A stretch of 64,000 nucleotides of DNA from Balanoglossus misakiensis. Its lineage: Eukaryota; Animalia; Hemichordata. Under the pieces are notes generated by a model. That model was given only the letters and a program-made list of their open reading frames with translations. It was not told the DNA's origin and searched no databases. The stretch covers positions 9,007,612 to 9,071,611 of the forward strand of contig CM082594.2 in the NCBI GenBank assembly GCA_040954595.2, written 5' to 3'. A program made the position numbers and the translations under genes. Positions 22,501 through 36,037 of the stretch are shown here, piece by piece (within the stretch, counting starts at the first letter, position 1; each line of letters starts with the position of its first letter).

Positions 22501-25500
22501 CTTTTGACGTGTGAAACGGTGGAAGTCTACACAGTACAGCAAGTGCACTTTTCAGGGGTAGGGTTTTCAGCCAGAAAATTCTTCAAAACATCTGATTATT
22601 TTGTTCGATTGAAACATGACTTACCATCTGTGCCCTTGTTGAGATCACCACTCATCAGAATACCAAGCAACTCATCATCATGTGGCAAGAAGTTCAACGG
22701 GTCGTCCGTGTTGCCAAGGTCATTGCCATCTACGTTCTCGGAGTGAGGGGCAACTGTCGTCGTTCCCGAAGTTGGTACAGGCTCCACCTGCGCACTCATT
22801 GGTAGATTATTCCTCTGTGCCTGCATGGCAGCCAAAGCAATATGTGCCTTGTTGTCATCATCAGAGGCACTCCCAAAGTCATCCGTCTTGTTCTTGCTCG
22901 AGATCAAAAGACTCTTGCCGAAAAAAGCCTCCTAGGAAACAGAAATATCAGATATATACAGCTAACTGATAAGTGGATTACATTGGGAGGGAATACAACA
23001 AAATTCAAATCACACAGTAAATATTTTCAAGTGATGATATATTTAATTGAAAATAACGGTGGCTGAGATATCTGTTTTTAAAGACAACCAACCTGAAGAT
23101 ATGCTGGAAAGGCATGTTCCAGTTGGGACTTGCGTTTCCTTCTCTTTTTCTTCTTCTCGATACTTTCCGACCCCGGCTCTGGTTTGCCTTGTTCATCGCC
23201 ACCCATTTCACCTGACAACACAATGCAAAGCAAACACTCAGATATGCTATGGGAGAGTAAATTTATTCGTTTTAATTTCAAGAGCAATGAAAATGTGTTT
23301 AACAATAGGGAATAATGATCACGTCTGAGGTACCTTCATCAGCATTTTGACTGTTGAAATCTGGATCAAGCATTGACGAAATCTTCCTGTTCATTTTGCT
23401 GAGTAATCCTCCTCTGCCACGTGCCCGGGCAACAAAACCTCCAATTCCTATGAGGCAACAAAATAATACAATTTCAGTAAAGTTTTCAACAATTTAAACG
23501 AAGAGCAGAAGTTTGGCATACAGAAGCAAGATATTACTGTCAGTGTCACGGCATATATCATAGCAAAATGAACACACAGAAGAAATTTATCTTTATGATG
23601 AAACTGCAAAATGGTGCAACAGATTACGGATGAATGATGCAAATTTGCAAACATAAATCATACATAAAATGAAGAGTATACAGAGAAGAAAAGGAGACAG
23701 TGAAGGGCATTTCAGAAAAAATCCATGATGAAAGTTAGTGTCAGTGTGGCTTGCCTCTTCTTTACTTGGATAAATTTTCTTTTCATTTCTTTATGATAAA
23801 TCCGAAACACAGCTGTTCATGCAATTATTCACTTCTTCTGAGGATGTAAAGACCTCACCTTTGACCCAAGAGGGCGCCCTCTATCGGGCAGCCACCTCTC
23901 AAAGCGATTCACACAAATAAAAAAGCCAATTGACAACAGGTATAAAGAACATGAACACAACGCACAGGATGACTTCAAGGTGCAAAGTTAGAAGACAGCA
24001 GACAAGGGGAGATCAATTTGTTTAGGGATGGCATTACGAGACAAAAGTGTACCTGGTCGGTACGCCCTCCTTTTTCTCTTCTTTAGTAAACTAGGATCAG
24101 TTAAGGATGCATTGTCGTCAACACCGCTGCCTTCTGCCCTGTCTTCGTCGTGTTCACCAGCTGAATCTGAGGTGTGAAATGTTTACAATCAAACCAATGC
24201 TTTCCCAAACACAATTTCCTTTAAAAATGTCACTGCACAAAATTGTCAAATCTGCAAGCTTACAGACACACACACTTAAATTTGCCAGTCCATCTCCAGA
24301 GCAATGCCTATGTTAATCAACTTTCATGTACTACTGCCATGACCAGTGAATGTGAACAAAAACTTGTAATTATACAGTTGCCAGGAGGTTTATGGATATC
24401 AGTACACGACACATCAGCTCGCCTGTTTCAGGGTGTCTGTGAGTGTATGGACACTTAAACAGTACATGTATTTCAGGTCATGAATGTAACATGAATATGT
24501 AAAATCAAATGTCAACAGTAATGTTCTTTAGCTCCTGCAGCAATGATGCAAACACTGATTGACAAAAAATGACTCTTATAAGAACTTAGGATATGTTGTA
24601 ACTGCACAAAACTTTGCTTTATAAAATAAAATTGAAATGGATGAGTGATGAAAATACACATAACTTTGAAACTATTGAAAAGGGTTGTCTATTATTAACA
24701 CAAAATCTCACCTCTGTTCATGAGCATAGGATCACTCAGGGCAGTAGCTACACTGATATCGTGATCACCCAGCTTGGCCTGTTCAGCTTTCTCCAACTCC
24801 TTCAAGACGGTAAGACTACTGGGACGGAATCGGTTCTTGCTGCGTGGTTGTTTCTTCTTGAGTGGCGGTGTGATCGATAAGCTCTTGATCTGATTGAAGC
24901 CAGACTCGGTCAGAAACACACCTTCCATTGTGAAATGCTGATTCTGAGTTTGACTGATTTTGCTTATTTCTGAAACAAGAGAGGTAAACACATTACATAC
25001 AGGTGACAGTGTCCTCCCTGGGATTTCCCTATAGCTAACAAGCAATTTGCACAACACTATTATTTTGTTAATGTTTTTCTGTACCTCTCATACACAAACC
25101 AGCTAGTTTCTAAACCACAAACAGTAGCACATGTGTGTATGCACGTACACACACACAAACACAAAGCTGACATCACACTGAACTTACCCATGGGGACTGA
25201 AGGTGGTGATGGTTCCTCAGGCGGTGGTAGTGGTTTCAGAGCTGGTTGCGTCGCTGGTCTACAGAGAACGCAGTGATAGCCTTGGTCTGCTGCCCTCTCT
25301 ATGTCGTCTTCATTCTCAAAACCGTCACACAGTGAATGCAGCCACCTAGCAAGAAAACCACAAGCATACCTCAACCCATTTCTAACATGAAGTGCCATGT
25401 ACAGCAAGAGTAAAACATAGCTTTGTGACTTCAGTGAACTGTGATGTCATTCTGAAATGTTCTTCCATGCCAGGTCAACCACTCACCTGAAGCACTGTAC

Positions 25501-28500
25501 ACACTGTATAATGAGGTCTCCATCTTTGTAATCTTTGATACACACACAACAGGTGATGAGACTTGCACAGGGACCACACTGTGTGTAGTTATTTTGCCAG
25601 TTACACTTGAAGCCTGGGGAAGTAGCACCACAATGTGTACAGCAAACACACCTGAGGTGGGGAGAGAAAAATACAGCAAGTCAGGAAAAGAATGTAGAAT
25701 GGTTGCTGGCTACAAAAATAATGTCAGCCATCAGATGCTACACAGTATCTGCCCACTATACAGATAAGTCCCCATGATTTGGAATGTGATTCATCATCTT
25801 AGATATCGCCAAAGTGCATGTTACTTACCATTTACACTTCCAGCCACCCTTGGGAACATTCTCCAGAGGCGGATTCAAGCAGTATGTATGGTAGCTGATA
25901 TCACAATCATCACAGAGTAAGAGCCTGCCCTCATCACTGGCTTTGCCACAACCTTCGCATACTGTACAATCTAAACATCGCCATCCTTTGGATAGAACTA
26001 CTTTGGTAATCTGTGATGCGATATCAGGAAAAAGATAAAAGAATTAGTGAATTACTAATATTACTATTTACTACATAATGGAGAATAATAAGGTGTTGGC
26101 TTGGCTAGCACTGGGCCAACACAAGCTAGTCCTGGAGAGACATCACACAACTCACCTTGATATTGACACAGTAAGGGTGGTAACATTGTCCGCATTGAGA
26201 ACACGTCAGCAGCCTCCCTTCTGCACCACGGCCGAAACTGCCACAACTTACACACATATCCTATAAGGCAACAAAACCTATTGTTAGATATGGCTGCATA
26301 GAGTAACACAGGCCTAGCGAAACTGCCACTGTATCTTAAACAACTTCTGTATTTCCATTTCTGCTATTTCATTATTTTCAAGAATTTGGATTGTTTTGTG
26401 ATTTATGGTCATAACATACCTGAGTAAGAGTAAATTTATCTTTGACAGAAAATAACACCACAGTTGTGTGCATGCCAGTATCCTCTTCTTCCTTCTTCTC
26501 ATTGCCGCTGTCTTGAGCTGTTGTCGTCGTCTGAGAACCAGAGAACAACTCTCAGTGCCATGTACCCCAACAATCAAAACAGTTGAAACCCAGAATTCGA
26601 ATGCACCACAGTAAAAACAAACCATGTGAAAATCATCCATAGAAATACACGTATTCCTATGAACTAGGATTACCATTCATACAAAAGGTGTCAACAGAGA
26701 TATTATAAATAGCTAGCTCCCTTGACATACATAATGAAGGTCCCCAGTACTAAAATGTGTAAGGGTGATAACATAAACTTTAATGACCCCAGTTAATTCT
26801 GTGGAAACTAGGTTTTGAGATGAGCTGTTACACAAGCAACACTGATGTAATAAACACCTCCTCCCCTCCAAAAATCTAATTCTAACCTGTTGGACTGGTG
26901 GTAGACTACTGGCGGGTTTCATTTTGGGCTTGGGGCCTCTCTTTCCTGGAGGTCCAGGATGCCGTCTTCGCTTGCCGATGTGAACGCCTCTCCCCTGCAA
27001 CAGCCAAAATGGTATCAACAGATTTAGCAAAATGAGGTTTTTCTTTATGAAAACCTGTCTATTAAGGACACCGTCTTGAACACAAAATCTGTCCATTTAT
27101 GCAGAGAAATCCTAACTTTTGCCTCCAAAAATTTGTCCTTAATAGAGAGGTGTCCATAATGGCAGGTTCCACTGCATTTCAAAGCATGTTCTCATTTACA
27201 CTCACTGTAGTAAAGATGGAATGCACGTGGTCACATGTACAGAGGTCTACACATCCTAAATCATAGCCAGCACATGGCTCATCCAAATTTTCCTTGTTTT
27301 CTGTTTTCTCAGTGCATTCGATCTTCTGTGTTTGACCATGTACACAAAAAGCCTAACCACAGATAATTCTCGAGTGTATATTTTTCCGGGGAACCCAGCC
27401 TAGCACATTCTGAATGCGTGCATTCAAAATAGAAGCCATCAATTTTCAAATTTTTTCAACCACCTACGCATTCTACCAGACCCACGACTTCACTGTATCC
27501 GTGGTAACCCGTCAAGAGGCTGTGACCTGGACCTTAATGATACCACTACACCTAGCCAGTGCTGTCAACAAAGTCCCAAAATCACCAACCTAGGGAGTCT
27601 TACCTCCTTCAGTTTTTCTAACAGGCTCTCAACAGTTCATGTTGACATTTTTGAGTAATAACTCACCCTGGGCCTTCCAGCTCCTATTCGCTTTATGATT
27701 GATGGTTTTCCCATGCCAGGGCCTTTGGGACTGCTCCCAATTGGGGGAGGGTTTAGCGGCATTCCTCTTGTGCCCACCATGTCTCTCTGCAAAGTGTTCC
27801 AACAAACATGCAGTTATGTCAATACTATAAAGTCATGACTGGCTGTTAAATAACTCAACACAAACAAAACTGAGAGGAGCCATAAACGGCATTTGCATAT
27901 CAGCAGTTAGTTATTCATTATCCATCATGTTTGGTCAGTTATAAATGGGTCTGTTTCATTCACAGTGTTTACCGAAGCCATATCTGATGGAGGGACAAGT
28001 TCTGTTTCCATGGGTTAAACTTAGAATATTTTCAACATGTTTGAACATGCCAGTCACCTGTCATTTTCATTGGGGGCCCACACACATTGTTACCACGGTA
28101 ACATAACTTTGTCACTCAATGCTTGACCAAGTAAGGGGTGCGCAAATAGAACAGAAAACTTTACACGTCAAAAAAGGAGGTCAAGATTATCTTGATGATT
28201 CATGATCAAATAGAAGCATCCGGCTTCCCTCTGAAGTTATGAAAATTATAACCTTGAACTTTGCCGGTTTCTTTTTATACCATTTGAAGTATTCCTGCCA
28301 AGGTTAATATAGTCTTTGTTAGTTTTTAACGGCTTGAACACATGAACTATGGTATCGGTTTTTCTCCTGAGCCACATGCTTCCTGAAAACCACACTTAGT
28401 GTTTGCCACAGCTACTGCCTTCATTAATTTCATATCATATGTATGTACACTGCAAGCACTCACCTGAGCAAATGCTGTACTCTTCTCCGACGGCTGAAAG

Positions 28501-31500
28501 TCAACATCGGTGCTGTTGAGGCTGTCTTCGTTGATCAAGGTGTCTTGAGAACTCTGATGGCTCTCGGTCTCCATGCTGTCCTCCACAGGCCCCACCAGCA
28601 CGGCCGGCTCCCTCACAGGGTCGATTTTCATCCCCGGCGGAATGTAGTCAGGGTCGTCGTCTTGTTGCGGCGTGTCTGATATGACGTCCGTCTCCGTGAA
28701 GTTACTGTCGGTGTCCAGCGTGGCTGCCGCAAAGTTTGAACTGCTTTCCATGGGCTCCACCAGCGGTTCCCCATCGCTGTAAGGTTGCTCCTGGGAGTGA
28801 GAATTAAAACTGGCGTCATAATCCTGAAGCTCCGCCACAGAGAGTAGTCACATGGTGAAGCTGCACATGCCGTCACGTAATGATGGGTGACCCCTGACCT
28901 CTCCTTTGGTCTTGGTTAATCATTTATTATAAATGAGGTAATAAAGGATTATGAGGTTGTAATGGCGGGTGGCAAATTTTGAGAGGTATGCTGACTGCAA
29001 CCTTGGCTACCTTTTCTATTTGCACAACAACAACAAAGACTAATTCTGAGATCAGTAACAAACAAACAGAGTACAGTTAGATTCTTCAACACAAATATCA
29101 ATGAACTCAGGATATATGGGAATCGCTGTATTGTTGACAAACCCCACAAAAACACATGTATGTGCAAATTTTATGAGTTCTGACCGGCTGTTTGTTTTTT
29201 CTCATTTGTTAATAACTTAGGTATATCACTGACCATGAAAAACAACTTCTGCTTCATTTCATCTTCGTACTGTTTCAACCAATTAAATCCAGAATATTTG
29301 AGAATGGAAGAAAAAGCAACAGTTTTACATCAACATCATGAACTCTAATGAATTGACATCCACAGTGCAATTGTTCTCCCCCAGGAAATAGAGTGCTGCC
29401 TATTTCATGGGGAGAACATTCGCTTGAAACCACTACCTGATTGAAAGCACCAATGCAAAAATCAATGGCCAATAGATTTAACTAGAAAGTAGAAAATGTT
29501 AATTCAGAAATGGGTAGCTGAGATGAGTTAGCAAAGACTGACCTGTATAGGATCTTTGTTTCGACAGTCCAGGCAACAGTACACTGCATGCCTGCCCTCC
29601 GCTTTCAACTGTTGGTACGTTGCCATATCAACACTTTCATCACAACCTGCATGTATCCACCTGAAAGAAAAAAATAAGATTATTATATTCACAACCGACT
29701 ATATACAGCACACTAAGATAACAGCAAGCCTACAACAGAAATTCTAAATTCAGAGTTTTATTTATATGCAGTTTCCGCTTGTAGTGAGAGAATGTTTTAA
29801 TTAGATATAACAGCAGAAATAGAAGTGAAGATAATTTTTCAGAACACTGGAAATTTTACACTAGCTTGCACAGCACGGCAAGATGATGATCATCGGAGGT
29901 CAGAGGTATGAAGATCACTTGAGGGTACACATGGTGGATATCGATGACAGACAGAGGTATTGGAATTCACTGGTCTGCAGGAGACCAAGGATGTAGTTTA
30001 CTACACACTGTACATCCATGTAAAGCCCACTCACTTTTTACACTGCTCACACTGGACCATGGTATTCGCTGTGGTGTGCTGCCGGTATGCCTTTCCGCAT
30101 ATGGGACAGCACAGGCCTTTGTTGCGCTGCTGGTAGCAACTATCACACACACTGTAATTCAGGTGCCATCGAGAGCTTGGCCCACTGCCTGGGGTCCTGG
30201 AACCACAGTCTGTGCACACCCGACAGTTCTGTGAAAACAAGAGCAAGAAACCACTCTCCATTACCAGATTGAAAAGTACAAGGCAAAAATCAAGTTTCTA
30301 CTTGTCAGACTTCTGTCTTAGCTACCAACGATCAATTCACATTTAGTACTGCTACAATGTATCAACACAGAGGTTGTTACAAGGCTACTAAGACCTTGAC
30401 AATGTACTTGAAAGCGTCAGCAACAGCTACATGACACTTGATTTCAACTCACACCATTGCTACACTTACCTTGCACTTCCATCCATTCTTCGGTATAGTT
30501 TGCATGACAGGCCGTAAACAAAACGTGTGATACCCCTTGTCGCAGGTATCACACACAAGCATCTTGTTGTCATCCCCAGGTTGCCTGCAAAGGTTGACAC
30601 GTGAAGCTCAGAAAAATCCACCACAACTCCGGAAACCATGAACAACTGCTTTCTTTGTGCAGTTGTGGATCTCTGATTTCAGGGAATAATAGTATCAATG
30701 GACTCCCCAACATTCCCATGATTGTTCAGAATCACAAAACATAGCCTATTGTCATTATATTGAAAGTACCAGTTATGTGTAAAATAAACAGCATCATAGG
30801 GGGTACTGTGACTTCCTGTTTGAAAAAGCCTGGTACATATACACATCCTTTTATTAAGACAATGGTGACAGACAATTGTCTCTTCCTGTTGAAGGGTATG
30901 GTGGCTATTTATCAATCCTCACACATGCTCTGACAAAAGAATCTCTTCATGAGATCTATAAACATTTTATATTCACTGCTTTTTGACTGAAAATTATTTA
31001 CTGGGATTTTAAATAAGGTCCGAATTGTTTTCTAGCACAGGAGGTTCTGAACAAACACCTACCTGCATGTCTGACAAATTTTACATTCAGGGCACTGCCA
31101 GCCTGCCCTGACCACAGGATTGACATCCACAGCCGGGTCCAGACAACTACCATGGTAGTGCTGGCCACAGCTTGTACAAAAGAGCTGCTCCATCATATCC
31201 CCAGGGCTGTCACACACAACGCAGTTTGCTTCCTCTTCAGCTGTGGGAATGAAACGAGCAACACATTCAATGATAGCCTCTTTAGGATTATGAACATTGA
31301 ACAGACCAACATGAAAATGCCAGATTAATTAAACTGAAGTGGAAACAAGCAAGCTTACCTATTGTCTCGGCCTGATCAAGATGGTCTGGGCAGAACAGGG
31401 ACATGTCCTTAATTTCCTTTGAAAGAAAGGAATAAGACATGAATATGACTGGTAATGTGATATCTTCAAAATTCAACAGACAATGGCTGAAGGCATTGAA

Positions 31501-34500
31501 AAAGAGCATGATAGAAATCACATTACTGTCTCTAGTTTTAAACTAACTTTTTCGCTATTCTCACCTGGAATGCTCCACTGCTTGCTGCACACGGGTAGTG
31601 ATATATCTTATTACACTTGACAACCCTACAAACAATGGTTGCGCCGTGCTTCTTACAATAGCTACACACTTGTGAGATCCCTGAGAGGACTGCTTTATCC
31701 ACATTGATGAGTTGCATGTTTTCGTTCTGACACACTCCTTCAGACCAGGCTGCGCAGCAGTGATGGGCCGTCGTGTGACCTAGAGAGAATCACAGTAATT
31801 GTAAATTTACTCATATTCCTTTCTCAGAGACCCAGAAACACACTCAACGTTGTTGACATCAAGCCCTAGAGATTAGCAGCACAACATCATTTCTGACTCC
31901 CAAAATAACATATCTGTACTTTACCTGTCTGTTCAAAGACTACAGTAAGGTCTGGTTCTTCTGAGTGTCCAACTGTACTGAGTTCGTCTACAATAAGCGG
32001 AGGCTTGCCATTTTCGCCCATCACAACACTGTGTGGATTGGACCGCCTCGGAGATTTACTCCTTTCTCTGCAGAAAAACATGTTTCCAATGTCAAAACGT
32101 TTCCATGTGGCAGGATACCATTCATTTTGAATAAGTCAGACAAATGTATTTTTTGTCCTTTCATTTTCCAAACAGCCATTTTCACAAGAGTAAACATTCA
32201 GCAAATGACACTGCTTTGTTTACAAATGTTCATTATGCATGCACAGCTGAAATAAAAACGCATATGACACCAGACGCCTGTAGACTTACCTTGTTGATTT
32301 AGGTGGCCCCCTCTTTCGCCTCCATGTCCAGTGCTTAGGGCTTCTCTCGTTCGGATGAGGCTCCAAGCTCCCATCTTCCGCGTGTTTCCGTGGTTTTGGT
32401 ACTGCTTTCTTAAAGGGATTAAAACCTGGGGTGGGGTCGAATCGCAGAAGGTCGCCCTGACCCAATAAACTTTTTTCACCACAGCAACATAATGCACAAA
32501 ATCTGTCTGACCCCTCACTTCTGTGAATCAAAGAGAAAAAATTTCACCAAGGGTAAACAGTACACATATTGGGGGATTGAGCAAAAATGTATGCACATAC
32601 TTTATTAATGTCGTGGACCATCCATAGGTAGTGATGGTTAGCATTTTGTATAGTCCTGTATGTAGAATTACGAGAATATGTTTTTATTCTGTTACATCAC
32701 TTCTTCAGTGCATGAAGACTACACAGTTATCAGCGTGTATTGTGACGTAGGTCTGTCATATTCAATCAATGCTGTATTAAATTCTTAAGATTTGAAAGCA
32801 ACTTTACCTGCAGTGCAAAGAGTACTCTTCTTGGGAGATTGCGTCATTACTAAGACTGCTAAAGTGTGACATGTCACCAAAAGTTCTACTATCATCATCA
32901 TGAAATGATAAGGAGTCCATACTATGGGTGCTACTCAAAACTTGTCCATCATCAAATTGACTTTTAATGTCTGTACTCTGTAGTTCTATGGGTATGCCGC
33001 CTTCTGCAAGGGACTCGGGGATTTGGGGCTCTATTGACACTTGACTTTCGGCCTTGGCCACCTCTGCTGTCATGGCAACCTGACTGTCATCATCGGCTCC
33101 TCCTGGGTATCGCTCTTTCAGCATAGGATGTAATCTGCATTAGTTACAGACAAATGATTAGAAGTTGCACTTTGTAACAATTTGGCACAAATTTGGTAGA
33201 GGGTTATCTTTCAGCAGGAAACATTAGATGAGGTCACAGACATCAAGACAAAAGTCTTATCATTTTAACCTTCTGGGCCATTCACGTGTCTTCAGATGTA
33301 ATCGAGTTTGAAAATTTGCAAATTTGACTCAAAGCTCTTAAATCACGCTTGTTAGATCGCACACGCACATATCAAATTTGTATACTCACAATTTCTTTCT
33401 AGGGATTGGTGATGATCCATCTTTGCGCGGTCGGCCTCTTCCTCTTCTGACGGTGCCTGCCCCCAGGGCTTGGCCTGGAACTGATGGCTCTCCCATACCA
33501 ACCTCAGCTACATACTGCAAAACGGATTTCAAGAGTTATATGTACATGTACATCAACCCTGTGACAAGTCCTGCTATTTCTTGTGATGTAAAATTCACAC
33601 GAACACTTGCATTACATTATGATTTGTTCATATACACCAGAATATTTGTATTCTGTTAACAAACCTCAGCACAACTGGGAACCCATACTGCACTGGAACA
33701 TGTTGTGACCTCTGACCCCAATCTATTTTGAAGGTCAAACACACTCAAGAACACCAAAAAACACAAAGTATTCCAATAAATAATAACAGTGAGTAGAAAA
33801 AAATAACACTTACATCAGGGTCTTGCTTGGCTCTTGGAAATTTCTTTTTGCGGCCTGAAAGAAACACAAAGAGTGTTACGGACACTGCTTCCATAATAAA
33901 AAGCTCTAAATAGGATGTAAGAAATTATGCAATTGTTGGAGGGGATACTGAACGACATGCAGATACTACATCAAAAATTATAAAAATATCTTAAAACCAT
34001 ACAAAATAAAATTTTGGTCTCCATTCTTCCCATATTATTAATGTTCAAAGCTATTCAACGTCCGATACAATAATCAATCTTGACAAAACTATTAATTTGA
34101 TGGTTGAAAATTAAACGTATAAAGTTTAACAGGATGAGACTGTTACAAAAATATCCAAGCTTAAGAACTAATTCTCAAAATATTCACTGGAAAATTTTAG
34201 TACGAGTTGCTTCTCAGCTATTATATCTGTATTTGTTCAACTGTACAAAATCAATATATTTTGATTTTAAGGTTATTTTAAATTTCAATTTTTCTTTGTT
34301 ATGGTACCTACCAAGTGTAGACATGACAAGCAATGATAAGAAACCTGAACCAATCACATTTACATTCTGTATTGTATGACCCTATCTTTTAGATTAGATA
34401 TCACAAAGCCATTCATTTCCTCCCAATCTGTGACGCCCAATAACAACAACTACGGTATTCAGTTTTGGACCGGTTCCAAATTTAACCACAAATGAAATAC

Positions 34501-36037
34501 TAATTTATTATGGGTATACAATTATTAATACATGGTACAAGAAGCAGTGGTAGATTTTCACTGCAAAGAATGTAAAATAATAAAGTGCCAATGTCAAGTT
34601 CGGAATCAAAACAAAGAAATGAACTCCACATTCCAGCCAATACATGTATATATCGCAATGATAAATACTGTATAACAAATAATACTATGTCATTAATGTT
34701 GAGAAACTCAATATCATTATTGTTGGTTGTTGCTCATAACAACCAGAAACTGTAATTTCAGGCTAATTACACAGCTTCCTGATACTTCTCAGTAAGTTAC
34801 ACTGAGGACATGTGACTAACAAAGACATTCTTGACCTATTGTCTCTGCTGATGACATGACAAAATGTCCCTTTGTCCAGGAAAGGTTCACTCAGTGTCAG
34901 CTATAAGCACCGAATGAAAATCAAACGGTCTTCCTAATTAACAAAACAACTGTCACGCCAAAATTTGAGCTTTGCTATAGTACTACATAAACCTGATTCC
35001 GATACATTCATTCCTGAAATTTAAAACATGGTGTCATCCCTTGACACAAAGGTCAACCCTAAAAACGTACACAACGCTGCAGACTACAACCTGAAACCCC
35101 TTACGCACAAGCTGTACACAACATGGCAATACACAATGTATATAAAATAATGTACTAAACTTACAAAGTCAAATCAACTGAGGAGAAACCTTTGAATTAT
35201 AACCCCATGCTGACGACAACAACATGTCTTTTGTTGAGTTCTTTTATGGCAGAAACAATATCATACCGATGATACTCACAACATGATATCTATGTAACAT
35301 TGGCATCGTCTTTGAGATTCAATGAATGAATTTTAAAATTTGCAAATCTAAACACTCCCATTTCCCTAAATTAACATCGGGTATAATCAAAGTGTGAGAT
35401 ATTGCTAATAATTTCGATTTTGGTGAATTTTTTTCTCCGTATGAATTGAAATTCCAACAAAGAACTACAGAAGGCAAGGGCTCATGGGTAATACTATATT
35501 TAACCACAGCCGCCGAGGTATTCCCTACAAATTTTCTTTTCGGTCACCGACGAAACGCATGCCATCTCCCTACACTGACAATATAGGGCGCAATCGCCCT
35601 CTAGAAATAGACATTTACTGTTGTGGTATAAACAGTGATCAAAAATATGTTGTCAATTTCAAAGTAGGGGTTTTGAATATGGCTGCTCGATTTCTCGCGT
35701 CCGTGAGCGTGCTTGATTGGAGGTCTTGCCACGCGTACCGCGGGCCAAGCGCAGAAAACAAACACTAAACCGTGGGGTTATAGACGTATGATCACTTCAC
35801 AACGATTGCAAATGAACCTGATCGTGGTCCTAATCAAAACAGTTAACACATCACACATAAAACAGCTTCACGATTGTGCTTTCATTAACTTGCCGAATGC
35901 CATTTCGTTCACGACTACGGCGTTGCTAAAACAGTTTTCATGCACGCTATTTTTAAACCACCGACCGGCGGGCGGTCTTACAGTCTGGCCGTTGAGAACA
36001 CGCTACATTCAGCAGAAAATTGCAACTTACCTGACAT
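7432..36037 (-). CDS. KMT2C: Histone H3K4 methyltransferase KMT2C/D (MLL3/4; unsplit Lpt+Trr orthologue), about 47 exons, about 4,900 aa
   Basis: Proposed start ATGTCAG|gtaagt (36037-36031) splices in frame to 33814-33854 and 33390-33514 (MSGRKKKFPRAKQDPDYVAEVG...RRGRGRPRK AT-hook). ePHD and PHD cluster exons lie at 32520-29543. MHTTVVLF...DMCVSCGSFG...YHPYC PHD cluster lies at 26530-25188, followed by RAYRP|GIGGF. HMG box at 21912-21186. Giant Q/P-rich exons 19851-20637, 16339-19641 and 13020-16154 carry LxxLL motifs (LRELL, LQDLL, LKQLL). Then come ePHD (WVHLNCALWSAEVYE, 9930-10173), FYRN/FYRC (9533-8810), the WIN motif GCARSE (8524-8653), SET (7709-8008) and post-SET CMCKAPNCRKWMN* (7432-7524). 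Confidence 0.96.
7709..8008 (-). CDS. KMT2C: KMT2C/D SET-domain exon
   Basis: GLGLFAARDIEKHTMVIEYIG...GVYMFRI...ARYINHSCAPNC...GEE; 300 bp with AG/GT boundaries. Confidence 0.96.
8360..8376. repeat. (GA)n microsatellite serving as the polypyrimidine tract of a KMT2C/D acceptor
   Basis: gagagagagagagaga next to the ctg acceptor at about 8358. Confidence 0.85.
13020..16154 (-). CDS. KMT2C: KMT2C/D giant low-complexity exon (P/Q/M-rich, coiled coil, LxxLL)
   Basis: Lies within ORF 13012-16167. Contains the motifs QYEEWLFQHQQLL...KKSLSARQR, DDNNPFSDEFQQRERR and LPLLPLCEP, recognised from KMT2C/D. Confidence 0.92.
16339..19641 (-). CDS. KMT2C: KMT2C/D giant low-complexity exon including the Cys-rich repeat
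   Basis: Lies within ORF 16241-19702. Motifs include LRELL, GEFNILEYADPEL and LLLQEQPLLLQDLLEKEK. AG/GT boundaries. Confidence 0.92.
17198..17665 (-). repeat. Coding Cys-Gly-Glu/Asp/Lys repeat (23 Cys in 156 aa) inside KMT2C/D
   Basis: CKDGNGCGENDKPGCDEKDGSQCEGQDGSGCGEKEGKGCDGKDGKNCGEKEGCGEDKGC...KGCGEKDGKGCGETDKCGGGSGC, read directly from the ORF. Confidence 0.9.
20305..20490 (-). repeat. Coding GQMPGP hexapeptide (18-bp) repeat in KMT2C/D
   Basis: GQMPPGQMGPGQMPMPLPGQMPTSGPMSGPMSGQMPGPGQMPGPGQMPGPGHMPAPGP; near-tandem ggcatctgtcctggacct units on the + strand. Confidence 0.85.
21940..21981 (+). mobile_element. Fragment of a Tc1/mariner-pogo-like MITE terminus in a KMT2C/D intron
   Basis: TA + cagtcaaacctgcgttagtggccaactctatatagtggc resembles the CAGTCAAACC.. 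TIR with subterminal repeats of non-autonomous pogo-like elements (recognised by eye). No partner TIR was found. Confidence 0.4.
27048..27176. mobile_element. Degenerate MITE (Tc1/mariner-pogo-like) in a KMT2C/D intron
   Basis: Left aaacctgtctattaaggacacc and right gtccttaatagagaggtgtccataatggcaggttccactg are imperfect inverted repeats (ctattaaggac / gtccttaatag). The right end reads cagtggaacctg on the minus strand. Confidence 0.55.
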
